NCBI GenBank assembly: GCA_016209275.1
Contig: JACQWM010000053.1
Span: forward strand, 11,235 to 75,234
Origin: Candidatus Omnitrophota bacterium
GTDB taxonomy: Bacteria; Omnitrophota; Gorgyraeia; Aquiviventales; Aquiviventaceae
DNA: 64,000 bases
Direction of reading: 5' to 3'
The position numbers were made by a program, and so were the translations under genes. Positions 1-9,570 of this stretch are shown piece by piece. Positions within the stretch are counted from its first letter, which is position 1. Each line of letters starts with the position of its first letter. The notes under the pieces are model-generated. The model saw nothing but the letters and a program-made list of their open reading frames with translations, was not told the DNA's origin and did not search any database.

Positions 1-1249
1 TGCTGCGCCGTCCGCCGAAAATGATCGCCGAAATCGGCACGCCCTGGGGATCATTCCAGCGCGGATCCAGCTGGGGGTTGTGCGCCTGCGGCGCGGTGAA
101 CCGGCTGTTCGGGTGCGCGGCTTTCGTCCCTGAAGATGGCGTCCATGGTTTGCCCATCCAGTCGATGCACTGCGGCGGCACCGGGCCATCTTTGCCCTCC
201 CACCACGGGGTCCCGTCAGGCAGCAAGGCGGCGTTCGTAAACAGCGCGTCATGCGACAGGATCTCGACCGCGCTGGGATTGGTCTTCGTGCTCGTTCCCG
301 GGATGACGCCGAAGTAGCCGAACTCAGGATTCACGGCCCGCAGGCGGCCCTGCGCGTCGGCGCGCATCCATGCGATGTCATCGCCGACGGTGGTCACCCG
401 CCATCCCGCCTCGGCGAATCGCCGCGGCGGCCGCAGCATCGCCAAATTGGTTTTGCCGCAGGCACTGGGAAACGCCCCGGTAAAGTACGTGATCTGCCCG
501 TCCGGTGCTTGAAGGCCCGCAATCAGCATGTGCTCCGCCATCCAGCCTTCGCGTTGAGCCAGCGCGCTGCCGATGCGCAGGGCCAAGCATTTTTTTCCGA
601 GCAGCGCGTTGCCGCCGTAGCCGGAGCCATAGCTCCAGATCGTGTTGTCTTGGGGAAAGTGGCAGATGTAGCGGCGGTTCGGATCCAATGCTCCGACGCT
701 GTGGAGGCACTGGGTGAAGGTGGGGCGGTTGCCCAGCTCGCGCAGCGCCACCTCACCCATGCGCGTCATGATGCGCATGCTCAGCGCGACATAGATTGAA
801 TCGGTCAATTGAACGCCGACTTTCGCCAGGGACGATCCGGGGTGGCCCATCAAAAACGGCACCACGTACATCGCGCGCCCCTTCATGCAGCCCTCGAAGC
901 ACTGCCGCAGGGTGCGGTACGCTTCTTCCGGCGCCATCCAGTTGTTGGTCGGGCCGGCCTCATTCTTCGCGGGGGTGCAGATGAACGTGCAGTGCTCGGT
1001 GCGGGCCGTGTCGTTGGGGTGGCTGCGATGCAGGTAACCGCCGGGCAAGACGGTTTGGTTCAGTTCAATGAAGACGCCTCGAGCACAGGCCTCCTTCATC
1101 AGCGCGGCGCGCTCTGCCTCGCTGCCGTTGCACCAGAGGATCGCCTCGGGCTGGCAGAGGGCGGCGCACTCCTGCACCCACTGGTGGAGGGCGGCGTTCG
1201 TTGTTGGCACCTTGATGGCGGTTGGCATCTTCGCAGTCGCGGTACCCAT
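1..1249 (-). CDS. pckG: Phosphoenolpyruvate carboxykinase (GTP), 5' part; runs off the window start
   Basis: Manual minus-strand translation from ATG 1249 gives [36 protein letters not shown] and [19 protein letters not shown], typical of GTP-PEPCK. Missing from the ORF track because it has no stop in the window. Confidence 0.93.
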   Translation of the reverse strand, partial: MGTATAKMPTAIKVPTTNAALHQWVQECAALCQPEAILWCNGSEAERAALMKEACARGVFIELNQTVLPGGYLHRSHPNDTARTEHCTFICTPAKNEAGPTNNWMAPEEAYRTLRQCFEGCMKGRAMYVVPFLMGHPGSSLAKVGVQLTDSIYVALSMRIMTRMGEVALRELGNRPTFTQCLHSVGALDPNRRYICHFPQDNTIWSYGSGYGGNALLGKKCLALRIGSALAQREGWMAEHMLIAGLQAPDGQITYFTGAFPSACGKTNLAMLRPPRRFAEAGWRVTTVGDDIAWMRADAQGRLRAVNPEFGYFGVIPGTSTKTNPSAVEILSHDALFTNAALLPDGTPWWEGKDGPVPPQCIDWMGKPWTPSSGTKAAHPNSRFTAPQAHNPQLDPRWNDPQGVPISAIIFGGRRS

Positions 1250-1377
1250 GGTACGATGCCGGCGGCTGTTCCACAAGTGTTTTGTCCATCGACGGCGACC
1301 CACATATTATTGGAATTTCCCTCGTCGGGATGATCACCGGTGCGCATGAGCTGCTGTTTTTGGTAAAATACGGGGCG

Positions 1378-2052
1378 ATGAGCGCGGGAACGGTTCAAGG
1401 ACGGTCTTATCGCCGTGGGGATCGCGCCGCGCGGCACGGGCTCATGGCGCTACTTCTCGCGGCCTGCGGGGTTGCCGGTGCCGCGCCTTCGGCGCTCGGA
1501 GCGCAGAACCAGCTGCGGCCCGCGAACTTGCCATGGCGGCAGGAGCGCGAGCAGGTGGCGGTGTCGGCGGAGATGCTGGACGCCGAGGCGTGCGAAGAGG
1601 TGTTCGGCGTGAATTTCATCGCGCGGAACATCCAGCCGGTGCTGCTGAAGATCGCGAACGACGGCAACAGCACCTACACGTTTTCCAAAGCCTCGGTCGA
1701 CGCGCAGTATCTGCCGGCTGGCACCGTCGCCAAATACGCCTATCCCAACCTGGTCGTCTCGGGGGCCAAGTGGACCGGCCATCTCGTGACCTTTGTTCCG
1801 CGCACGCTCTTTCGCCGCGGCAAGACCCCGGCGCGCCCGCTGACGCGCGGCGATGTGCGGCATGATTTCTCCGCGGAAGAAATCGCCGACGGGCCCATCG
1901 GCCCGAAGACCAGACGCGAGGGCTTTCTCTTCCTCCACGCACGTCCAGAGGGACTGTCCTTGAAGGTGGCGCTCACGAATGCGCAAACCAACACGCCGCT
2001 GACGTTCGACCTGGGAGCCGGCCCCACGCGGGCCGGAGCTCACGACGAATGA
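1378..2052 (+). CDS. Hypothetical exported protein or lipoprotein
   Basis: ORF 1222..2052; ATG 1378 is followed by a signal-like segment with LLAAC; stop overlaps the next start (ATGA). Confidence 0.6.
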   Translation: MSAGTVQGRSYRRGDRAARHGLMALLLAACGVAGAAPSALGAQNQLRPANLPWRQEREQVAVSAEMLDAEACEEVFGVNFIARNIQPVLLKIANDGNSTYTFSKASVDAQYLPAGTVAKYAYPNLVVSGAKWTGHLVTFVPRTLFRRGKTPARPLTRGDVRHDFSAEEIADGPIGPKTRREGFLFLHARPEGLSLKVALTNAQTNTPLTFDLGAGPTRAGAHDE

Positions 2053-2720
2053 CGCCGGAATCGGTCTTGTTGTTGGCGACGGGGCTGGTGCTGGGGATGC
2101 GGCATGCCTTCGATCGCGATCATGTCGCGGCGGTGACGCATTTTATTTCGCTGGAGCCGGATCCCATCAAGAGTGCGTGGTTCGGTTTTCGCTGGGCGCT
2201 GGGCCACGCGGTGACCGTGCTCGCGCTCGGTTCGCTTATCTTGATTCTCCATCTGAAGTTTGATCCCCGGTTTGAGCGCTACGCCGAGCTGGCGGTTGGT
2301 GTGACGTTAATCGCGCTGGGGATTTGGCGGCTGGCGTTGTTGTGGCAGGAGCGGCGGCATACGCATCGCCACGCGCATCGCAACACAGAGCACACGCACC
2401 CCCACTCTCATGAGCCTGGGAGGGCGCATGTCCATCGGTTTGCGCCCACACTCGTCGGGATCGTGCATGGCGCTTCGGGCACGGCGGAAGTGTTCGTGCT
2501 GCTGCCGATTACGCTGATCGCGACGACCTGGCTGGCCTACCTCTATATCGGCCTCTTCAGCCTGGGCTGCGCGACGACGATGAGCGCGTACGGCTATGTC
2601 GTCGGCCGATTCTACCGACGGGCCAACGCCACCGGCCAACGCATCTATCGCGCGCTCGTCATCGCGACCTCCCTCTCAGGATTGCTGCTCGGCCTCATCT
2701 GGATTGTGAAGAATCTCTGA
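2049..2720 (+). CDS. Nickel/cobalt transporter (NiCoT/UreH-like)
   Basis: GMRHAFDRDH signature, WALGH, His-rich loop HTHRHAHRNTEHTHPHSH, GIVHGASG; multiple TM segments. Confidence 0.8.
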   Translation: MTPESVLLLATGLVLGMRHAFDRDHVAAVTHFISLEPDPIKSAWFGFRWALGHAVTVLALGSLILILHLKFDPRFERYAELAVGVTLIALGIWRLALLWQERRHTHRHAHRNTEHTHPHSHEPGRAHVHRFAPTLVGIVHGASGTAEVFVLLPITLIATTWLAYLYIGLFSLGCATTMSAYGYVVGRFYRRANATGQRIYRALVIATSLSGLLLGLIWIVKNL

Positions 2721-2734
2721 GGTACAATGGGCGA

Positions 2735-3436
2735 GTGCTCATGCCCCCCCCAACATTCCTGAGAAAAGCGCGGTTTGCGCTCGTCTATCCTTTGGTCATC
2801 GGCTTGCTGCTCTTCGCGCGCACGACCGAGGGGTCATGGGCATGGGGCATCGCCATCATTGCGCTGGGGGAAACCCTGCGGGTGTGGGCCAATGGCTATG
2901 TCGGCCATGTCAAAGCTGGTCGAGACATCGCCGCCGATCAGACGATTATTCCGAAGGGGCGGCTGATCACCGCAGGGCCGTATGCGTTTGTCCGTCATCC
3001 GTTGTATCTGGGCACGATGCTGCTGGGGTTGGGATTTTGCGTGATGGTGGGGAATGCGTGGCTGGCCCTCATCGCCCTCGTGTTCTTCCTGACGATGTAT
3101 CGCGGCAAGATGGCTGAGGAGGAAGCGCGCATCAAGGACGCGTATCCTGCGTACGCCGCATATGAGCGGGCCGTGCCGCGATGGATTCCCACGGGCCGGC
3201 GCTACCCGGATCGCGCCGGACGATGGACGTGGCAGGGCATTGCCGCCAGCAACGAATGGAAAACGGTCATTTGGGTGACAGTCCTGGTGATCGCCCTGTA
3301 CTTTCGTGAAGAAGTGTTTGAGGGGCGCGAATGGTTAGCGCGGGGCAAGGCGATTCAGCAGGTGTTGTTACTCGCCCTTGCCGCAGCCCTGATCCTCTAC
3401 GACATCGGATATGAATTGGTGAAACGCAGCAGATGA
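2735..3436 (+). CDS. Isoprenylcysteine carboxylmethyltransferase/PEMT family membrane protein
   Basis: LITAGPYAFVRHPLYLG, EEE..Y..Y...VPRWIP. Confidence 0.85.
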   Translation: MLMPPPTFLRKARFALVYPLVIGLLLFARTTEGSWAWGIAIIALGETLRVWANGYVGHVKAGRDIAADQTIIPKGRLITAGPYAFVRHPLYLGTMLLGLGFCVMVGNAWLALIALVFFLTMYRGKMAEEEARIKDAYPAYAAYERAVPRWIPTGRRYPDRAGRWTWQGIAASNEWKTVIWVTVLVIALYFREEVFEGREWLARGKAIQQVLLLALAAALILYDIGYELVKRSR

Positions 3437-3699
3437 GAGCGCCGCGCCTCACTCGACAACTGCTGTACGGTTTCCTTGGCGCGAGCCTCGTCATGCTGGC
3501 GGTGGGTGCGGCCGTTCCGCATCATCACGATGCCGCCGGTGTATGCAAGATTCACGGACACGTTCCAGCGACTCCGCCGCAGCCGGCGATTGAAACCGCT
3601 TCGCCCGCGCGCATCACGCCGATGGCATCTTCTCCCGCACAATGTCTGCGGGCCGTCGACGTCATCCGCGTCACCCTTCCTCGCGCGCCTCCGCTGTAA
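3433..3699 (+). CDS. Small DUF2946/CruR-like leader protein with C-terminal RAPP arrest motif
   Basis: N-terminal hydrophobic signal, PHHHD..CKIHGH, C-terminal LPRAPPL*; lies directly upstream of an outer-membrane metal uptake gene. Confidence 0.7.
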   Translation: MRAPRLTRQLLYGFLGASLVMLAVGAAVPHHHDAAGVCKIHGHVPATPPQPAIETASPARITPMASSPAQCLRAVDVIRVTLPRAPPL

Positions 3700-3761
3700 C
3701 CCCAGGTTCCCGCAGAGTATTTCCGCAGATTCCCGCAGATCACTTGCGGTGTTATAGGAGG
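3688..3761 (+). promoter_or_regulatory. Putative SD-sequestering RNA stem
   Basis: CCTCC(3688-92)gcTGTAAC(3695-3700) is complementary to GTTATA-GGAGG(3751-61), the SD of the gene starting at 3767; the loop holds three TT(C/T)CCGCAGA-like repeats. Confidence 0.55.
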
Positions 3762-3766
3762 ATCCG

Positions 3767-5050
3767 ATGAAACGATTATCCCTACTCATCATTGCTTGCG
3801 CGGCGTTCACTCCCCTGGCGGCTGCCGCCGAGGATGTGGCCACACTGCGTCAAGACGTGCAGCGGCTGGCCGCAGTAGTCCAAGAACTCTCCGCCACGGT
3901 GCAGGCCCAACAACGGCGCCTCACGCTCTTGGAAGGCGAGGCGGGCGGCCAAACCCCACAGCTTCCCATCGTGCCATTGCCGCCTGGCGTGATACCATCC
4001 GGTGGTGGGGCAAACCTCTCTGCCCTCAATCCGGAGATTGGGGTTGTCGCCGATATCGCCGGCCAGCTCTCCGAAAGTTCGGCCGATGGCGAGGGGAATG
4101 ACAAGTTGAGTGTGCGCGAGATTGAACTCATCTTTGGCCATCCCATCGATCCCTACTCGCGATTCGATGTGAATGTGACCTTCTCAGATTTCGAAGAAGC
4201 CGGGCTGGAAGAAGCGTACATCACCCACTGGGGGCTGCCGGGAGAGCTCGTTGCGCGCTTGGGACGTTTTCGGCAGCGAGTCGGCAAAGCGAGCGGGACC
4301 CATACAGAGTTGCTTGACACCGTTGATACACCTCTTGTGGTGACGAAGTATCTGGGTGCTGAGGGGTTGTTTCGAACTGGGGCAGAGATCACCGGGTTTC
4401 TGCCAGCGCCGTGGGATGCGGTGACGCATGAGGTGACCGCTGGCATCATGGAAGGCGGTGTCGGCGAAGGCGGAACGCTCTTCGGCGAGACTCGACGACG
4501 GCCATCGTACTACGCGCACCTGAAGAACTTCTGGGATGTCTCCGACTCGACGAACCTCGAAGTCGGAAGCACGTATCTGTTGGGTTCAAAAGACGCCGAT
4601 CGCCGCTACGAGGTCCATGCCTTTGGTGTGGATACCACGTTCATTCACTATGTCACGCCGACCAATAAGCTGAAATGGCAGAATGAGATGTACTTCCAGA
4701 GCCGGAAAGAATCCCTGTTGGTCGAAACAGCCGAGGGTACCGGCGAAGAGATCAGCGCGAAGCTGAACAAGCATCCCTGGGGATTCTATTCGCTGCTTGA
4801 TTACCGGCTCTCGCCTCGGTTCGGCCTCGGCGGACGGTTCGACTACGTCGAGCCGGTTGATCTGGATCCTAGGATCCGGGCGCGGGATGCGGACACCGCG
4901 TGGTCCGGTTACGCGACGTTCTATCAAAGCGAGTTTGCGCGCTGGCGGCTGCAGTTTAAGCACACGAACTTCGCGGCCGGCGGGGATGACAACAGCATCT
5001 TCGCGCAATGCACCGTGGCCATTGGGGTGCATAAGCATCAATTGCAATAA
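3767..5050 (+). CDS. Outer-membrane beta-barrel protein associated with metal uptake
   Basis: Signal peptide, coiled coil, LNPEIG, REIEL..IDPY, EEAY, YQSEFARWRLQ and C-terminal GVHKH; followed by metal ABC genes. Confidence 0.7.
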   Translation: MKRLSLLIIACAAFTPLAAAAEDVATLRQDVQRLAAVVQELSATVQAQQRRLTLLEGEAGGQTPQLPIVPLPPGVIPSGGGANLSALNPEIGVVADIAGQLSESSADGEGNDKLSVREIELIFGHPIDPYSRFDVNVTFSDFEEAGLEEAYITHWGLPGELVARLGRFRQRVGKASGTHTELLDTVDTPLVVTKYLGAEGLFRTGAEITGFLPAPWDAVTHEVTAGIMEGGVGEGGTLFGETRRRPSYYAHLKNFWDVSDSTNLEVGSTYLLGSKDADRRYEVHAFGVDTTFIHYVTPTNKLKWQNEMYFQSRKESLLVETAEGTGEEISAKLNKHPWGFYSLLDYRLSPRFGLGGRFDYVEPVDLDPRIRARDADTAWSGYATFYQSEFARWRLQFKHTNFAAGGDDNSIFAQCTVAIGVHKHQLQ

Positions 5051-5051
5051 C

Positions 5052-5086
5052 AAGTGGCCAAGTGACCGAGTGGCTACGTGGCCAAG
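5052..5086. repeat. Degenerate 8-mer tandem repeat (AAGTGGCC x4)
   Basis: aagtggcc aagtgacc gagtggct acgtggcc aag, intergenic. Confidence 0.6.
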
Positions 5087-5100
5087 AAGAGGAGATCACG

Positions 5101-6024
5101 ATGAGATTTTTCAGGTGCGCGGCCGTAGTGCTGGGACTCTTGCTCATCGGACAGAGTTGGCCAAGTGAGGCGGCGCAGAAGCTGAAAGTCGTGGCGACGA
5201 TGTCGACGTTCGCGGATCTCGCCAAGACGATCGGCGGCGAACATGTGGACGTGTCGTATATTGCCTCACCGAAATTCAACCCGCACTTCATTGAGCCCAA
5301 GCCCAGTGACGTGGTCAAAGTGAAGCGGGCGGATCTGCTGATCCATGCGGGTCTCGATTTGGAGTTGTGGCGCGGGCCGCTCTTGGATGCGGCTGGCAAT
5401 CGGCGCGTGATGTCAGGCGGAGAGGGCGAATTAGATCTCTCGCGCGGGATCGCGCTGCTTGACGTGCCGGCTGCCGGGGCCACGCGCGCGCAAGGCGACA
5501 TCCATCTCTACGGCAATCCGCACTATTGGGTCGACCCCCAGAACGGGAAAATCATCGCGCGGGAAATTGCGGAAAAACTCAGCGCGATAGATTCGTCTCA
5601 TGCCAACGATTACGAACAGCGCCTGCAAGAGTTGGTGTCGCGCCTCGATCAATCCATCCAGCAATGGCAACAGCGGTTAACCCCGTTTCACGGCCAGGCG
5701 TTGGTGGGCTATCACAACGAATGGCCGTACCTGATGCGGTTTGCCGGCTTGCGGATGGAGCAATTCCTTGAGCCGAAACCCGGGATTCCTCCCACGCCGC
5801 GGCAACTGGAGTTTCTGCGGCAGGAGATGGTGAGCCATCAGGTCCGCGGCATCGTGCAGTCGTCGTACTTTCCGAGGGAAGCGGCCGCATCGTTGGCGAA
5901 ACGCACCGGGGCCACAGTGATCCTGCTGTGCCAAAATGTCGGCGAAGTCTCCCAGGCCTCAGACTATATCGCCATGCTGGAGTATAATGTGAATCAACTG
6001 GTGAGGGCACTGCAGACGAAGTGA
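5101..6024 (+). CDS. Zn/Mn ABC transporter substrate-binding protein (ZnuA/TroA family)
   Basis: NPHFIEPKPSD, GLDLE, GNPHYWVDP, YH; SD GAGGAG before ATG 5101. Confidence 0.9.
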   Translation: MRFFRCAAVVLGLLLIGQSWPSEAAQKLKVVATMSTFADLAKTIGGEHVDVSYIASPKFNPHFIEPKPSDVVKVKRADLLIHAGLDLELWRGPLLDAAGNRRVMSGGEGELDLSRGIALLDVPAAGATRAQGDIHLYGNPHYWVDPQNGKIIAREIAEKLSAIDSSHANDYEQRLQELVSRLDQSIQQWQQRLTPFHGQALVGYHNEWPYLMRFAGLRMEQFLEPKPGIPPTPRQLEFLRQEMVSHQVRGIVQSSYFPREAAASLAKRTGATVILLCQNVGEVSQASDYIAMLEYNVNQLVRALQTK

Positions 6025-6028
6025 GTAA

Positions 6029-6859
6029 GTGAGTAAGGGAATGATAGATTTTCTCTCGCTGATGGTTCGGCCGTTTGCGGCCTGTCTGATTCTGACCGGG
6101 ATCCACGCGTATCTGGGGCTGCATGTCATTGAGCGAGAGGTGATTTTCGTCGATCTGGCCCTGGCACAGATCGCTGCCTTTGGCGCAACCCTGGGTTTCC
6201 TGTGGGGATTTGGGTTGCACTCCTTTGAAGGATATCTCATCGCCCTGGCGTTTACGCTCATTGGAGCGGCGCTCTTCGCCGCCACCCGATTGCGCAAGCC
6301 GGTGGTGCCGCAAGAAGCGCTCATCGGTGTCGTGTATGCGGTGGCCGCGGCGGCGGCGATTTTGGTCCTAAGCCGCGCTCCAGAGGGCGGAGAGGAGCTC
6401 AAGGCCTTGATGGTCGGCCACCTCTTGTTCGTTGATTGGCCGGAGATCGCCAAGCTCTTCGTGCTGTATAGCCTCATCGGGATCATCCATTGGCGTGTGC
6501 GCCAGCCGTTGCTGGCGATTTCGCAGGATCCGGAGCGCGCGTTTGCCCAGGGGCTGCGGGTGCGCTGGTGGGATTTTTTATTTTACGCGACGTTCGGATT
6601 TGTGGTGACGAGCTCGGTGGAAATCGCCGGTGTGCTGCTGGTGTTTTCGTTCCTCATCGTGCCGGCCTTGTGCGGCGTGTTGCTCGCTCAGACGATTCCC
6701 CAGCGGCTGCTGGTGGGATGGGTGGCTGGGGTCGTCACCACGATGGGAGGGATCAGCGCCTCGTACGTGTGGGATCTGCCGACGGGTGCCACGGTGGTGT
6801 GCGCCTTCGGGGCCTGTCTGGGGATGTGCGCGATGTTATGGAGGATGCGAGAGGCATGA
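6029..6859 (+). CDS. Zn/Mn ABC transporter permease (ZnuB-like)
   Basis: YLGLHV..R.VIFVDLALAQIAA, GVLLVFSFLIVPA, DLPTGATVV; start may be ATG 6041. Confidence 0.88.
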   Translation: MSKGMIDFLSLMVRPFAACLILTGIHAYLGLHVIEREVIFVDLALAQIAAFGATLGFLWGFGLHSFEGYLIALAFTLIGAALFAATRLRKPVVPQEALIGVVYAVAAAAAILVLSRAPEGGEELKALMVGHLLFVDWPEIAKLFVLYSLIGIIHWRVRQPLLAISQDPERAFAQGLRVRWWDFLFYATFGFVVTSSVEIAGVLLVFSFLIVPALCGVLLAQTIPQRLLVGWVAGVVTTMGGISASYVWDLPTGATVVCAFGACLGMCAMLWRMREA

Positions 6860-7422
6860 GCAGGACGCGGAGCGCGGGTCTGGTCGCGGGGCTCTTGGGT
6901 GGAGTGTGCGCGATGACCGGCCGAGCCGTCATCGCTAGCGCAGAGGAGGCAGCGATGCCACTGACACTGACAAGCGAGGCGTTTGCGGAGGGGGCTCCGA
7001 TTCCGTCCGCCTGCACCTGCGATGGGAAGAATGCGTCGCCGGCGCTCGCCTGGACCGAACCGCCGCCAGGCACGAGAAGTTTTGCGTTGATCGCCGATGA
7101 TCCGGATGCGCCGGGCAACACCTGGGTCCACTGGGTGGTGTACAACATCCCGATCGCGGCGCGGGAGCTGCCGGACGGGCTGCAGAAAACCGCGGAACGC
7201 CCCGACGGCACGCGGCAAGGGCTGAACGATTTTGGGAAGGTCGGCTATGGCGGCCCATGCCCTCCCAGCGGCACGCACCGCTACTACTTCAAGCTGTACG
7301 CGCTCGATACCGAGCTGAACTTCACGACCACCGTCACGAAGGCGAAACTCGAGCAGGCCATGCGCGGGCATATCCTGGGCCAGGCGCAACTGATGGGGAC
7401 CTATCAGCGCCAAGCGCAATGA
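6856..7422 (+). CDS. YbhB/YbcL family PEBP protein
   Basis: DDPDAP..TWVHWVVYNIP, GYGGPCPPSGTHRYYFKLYALD. Confidence 0.92.
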   Translation: MSRTRSAGLVAGLLGGVCAMTGRAVIASAEEAAMPLTLTSEAFAEGAPIPSACTCDGKNASPALAWTEPPPGTRSFALIADDPDAPGNTWVHWVVYNIPIAARELPDGLQKTAERPDGTRQGLNDFGKVGYGGPCPPSGTHRYYFKLYALDTELNFTTTVTKAKLEQAMRGHILGQAQLMGTYQRQAQ

Positions 7423-8069
7423 CCGTCCGCATCCGCCGGTATGAGCCGCGCGACCGCGAGGCGATCCGGCAGCTGGCCTGTGATACCGCGGATCGGGGCG
7501 CGCCCGTCGAACGGTTTTTTCCGGACCGCGGAGTGATTGCCGACCTCTTGACGGCGTACTACACCGACTATGAGCCTGACGCGACGTGGGTGGCAGACAC
7601 CGATGGGGTGGTGATTGGCTATGTGACCGGGTGCGTGGATACGCGCCGCTGCCAGCGCATCAGCGCATGCCGCATCATCCCCGGCAGCATCTGGCGGGGG
7701 GTTCAGCGAGGCGCGCTGAGTCGCCGCGAGACATGGCAGATTCTCCGCATGGGATGGCGCACGTTCTGGCGAGGCGGCTACAACCGCACGGTATCTCTCG
7801 CGGAGTATCCCGCGCATCTGCATCTGAATATCCGCGAAGGGTTCCGGGGGCAGGGCATCGCGTCCCAGCTCATGGCGCGGTTTCTCGAGCAGGCTCGTCA
7901 AGCGCGTCGGCGCGGCGTGCATGCGTCAGTGCGCGGCGACAATGCGCCGGCCTGCCGGTTTTTCGAGCGCATGGGATTTTCCGCGATCGGCCGCTATCCG
8001 CTGGTGTTGCCTGAAGATCCCGATGATCGGCCGCATGAGACGGTCATCTATGGCAAGTCCCTCAGCTAG
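7419..8069 (+). CDS. GNAT family N-acetyltransferase
   Basis: YPAHLHLNI...FRGQGIA, N..A..FFERMGF. Confidence 0.85.
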   Translation: MTVRIRRYEPRDREAIRQLACDTADRGAPVERFFPDRGVIADLLTAYYTDYEPDATWVADTDGVVIGYVTGCVDTRRCQRISACRIIPGSIWRGVQRGALSRRETWQILRMGWRTFWRGGYNRTVSLAEYPAHLHLNIREGFRGQGIASQLMARFLEQARQARRRGVHASVRGDNAPACRFFERMGFSAIGRYPLVLPEDPDDRPHETVIYGKSLS

Positions 8070-9471
8070 TAGACGATTGATATCAGATATCGCGGCTCGA
8101 CCGCGATATCTGGTATCGCTTGTCTTTATCGTCATCCTTCAGGGATGCCGACCGCCTCAAGGTGTTGATGAGCGCCAATGGCCGCAGGTTGTGCTCGAGC
8201 CTACTGATCGGATTCTGATCCTTGCCCCCCACCCCGATGATGAGGTGATTGGTTGCGGCGGCATCATTCAGGAGGCCGTCGCCAAGCACCTGCCGCTGCG
8301 CATCGTGTTTCTGACTTATGGCGATAACAATCAGTGGTCCTTTCTCCTCTATCGATGGCACCCGGTCATCCTGCCCAAGGCGATTCGCAAGATGGGCCTG
8401 GTGCGGTATCACGAAGCGTTGGCAGCGAGCGTTGTGCTCGGAGTGCCCACAGAGCAATTAACCTTTCTCGGGTATCCGGATTTCGGCACGCTGCAGATCT
8501 GGACCTCGCACTGGGGCGACCGGAATCCCTTCCGCAGCTTGCTGACGCGGGTCACGGCGGTTCCCTACGACAACGCCCTGCGGTTCGGAGCGCCCTATAA
8601 AGGCGAAGAGGTCCTGCGGGATCTGACCACGGTCATCCGCGAATTCCGTCCCACGAAAATCTTCGTGTCCCATCCGGCGGACCACATGCCGGATCATCGA
8701 GCGCTCTATCTGTTTACTCGCGTTGCCCTGTGGGATGTGGAGAAGGAGATGCGCCCAACGCTGTATCCGTATCTTGTGCATTTCGTGCGCTGGCCAACGC
8801 CGCGCGGCTATCAACCCGCCGATTGGCTTGTTCCTCCATCGACGTTATTGTCGCAATGGCCATGGATCGTCCATTGGCTGACCCCGTCACAAGTCCAACG
8901 GAACTATCAAGCCATCAAAGCGCATCGGAGCCAATATCGGTATAGCGCGGCGTACCTGCTGTCCTTCATTCGGCCGAACGAGTTATTCGGTGACGCTCCG
9001 CCGATTACGTTTTCGTCAACGGCGTCCACGGCCTTAGAGCGCAAAGGGTTGATCAACCAGGCTCCGGAAGAGCTCACCGAGGAGGAACGAGCCACGTTCA
9101 TTGGCGTTGAAGTTCGCTCGGTGCAATTGGAGGACCGCGAACTCATCTATTCTATTGAGTGTTCCCGGCCGCTTGCCAAAGCCGTCGAGGCCTCGGTCTA
9201 TCTGTTCGGGTATCGCGCCGACCGGCCATTTGCGCAGATGCCGAAGTTGCATGTGAAAATCGGCGCCCTCTCCCACGAGGTGTTTGACCAAGATCGTTTG
9301 TTGCCGAATAAGGCGGTGACGCTGAGCCGCGGCCTGCGCCAGATCACCCTGCGCGTTTCGCTTGAGACTTTGGGCGAACCTCAGCGGATCTTGACCAGCG
9401 CGCGGACGTATCTGGGTGAGCTGCCGCTGGACTGGGTTTCCTGGCGCGTGCTTGAACTTCCTTCGCCGTAA
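8050..9471 (+). CDS. PIG-L/LmbE family deacetylase, probable lipoprotein
   Basis: LAPHPDDEVIG, FLGYPDFG, DHMPDH, AHRSQY; lipobox ILQGC; start uncertain. Confidence 0.85.
   Translation: MASPSASRRLISDIAARPRYLVSLVFIVILQGCRPPQGVDERQWPQVVLEPTDRILILAPHPDDEVIGCGGIIQEAVAKHLPLRIVFLTYGDNNQWSFLLYRWHPVILPKAIRKMGLVRYHEALAASVVLGVPTEQLTFLGYPDFGTLQIWTSHWGDRNPFRSLLTRVTAVPYDNALRFGAPYKGEEVLRDLTTVIREFRPTKIFVSHPADHMPDHRALYLFTRVALWDVEKEMRPTLYPYLVHFVRWPTPRGYQPADWLVPPSTLLSQWPWIVHWLTPSQVQRNYQAIKAHRSQYRYSAAYLLSFIRPNELFGDAPPITFSSTASTALERKGLINQAPEELTEEERATFIGVEVRSVQLEDRELIYSIECSRPLAKAVEASVYLFGYRADRPFAQMPKLHVKIGALSHEVFDQDRLLPNKAVTLSRGLRQITLRVSLETLGEPQRILTSARTYLGELPLDWVSWRVLELPSP
8079..8118. repeat. GATATC palindromic repeat, copy 1
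   Basis: GATATCAGATATCGCGG-ctcga-CCGCGATATCTGGTATCG. Confidence 0.85.
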
Positions 9472-9479
9472 CTGCGGCT

Positions 9480-9570
9480 CATGACCCACGACGCATGACA
9501 CAGGACACATGACCACAGCAGGGCCATCGGCTCGAAGCCGTCGTGAGTCATGGGTCATGAGTCATGGGTC
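9480..9570. repeat. Inverted heptamer tandem repeats (CATGACN / GTCATGN)
   Basis: catgacc cacgacg catgaca caggaca catgacc ... gtcgtga gtcatgg gtcatga gtcatgg. Confidence 0.75.

Noticed and set aside
251-1349. Plus-strand ORFs at the window start
   Set aside because: They are antisense to pckG.
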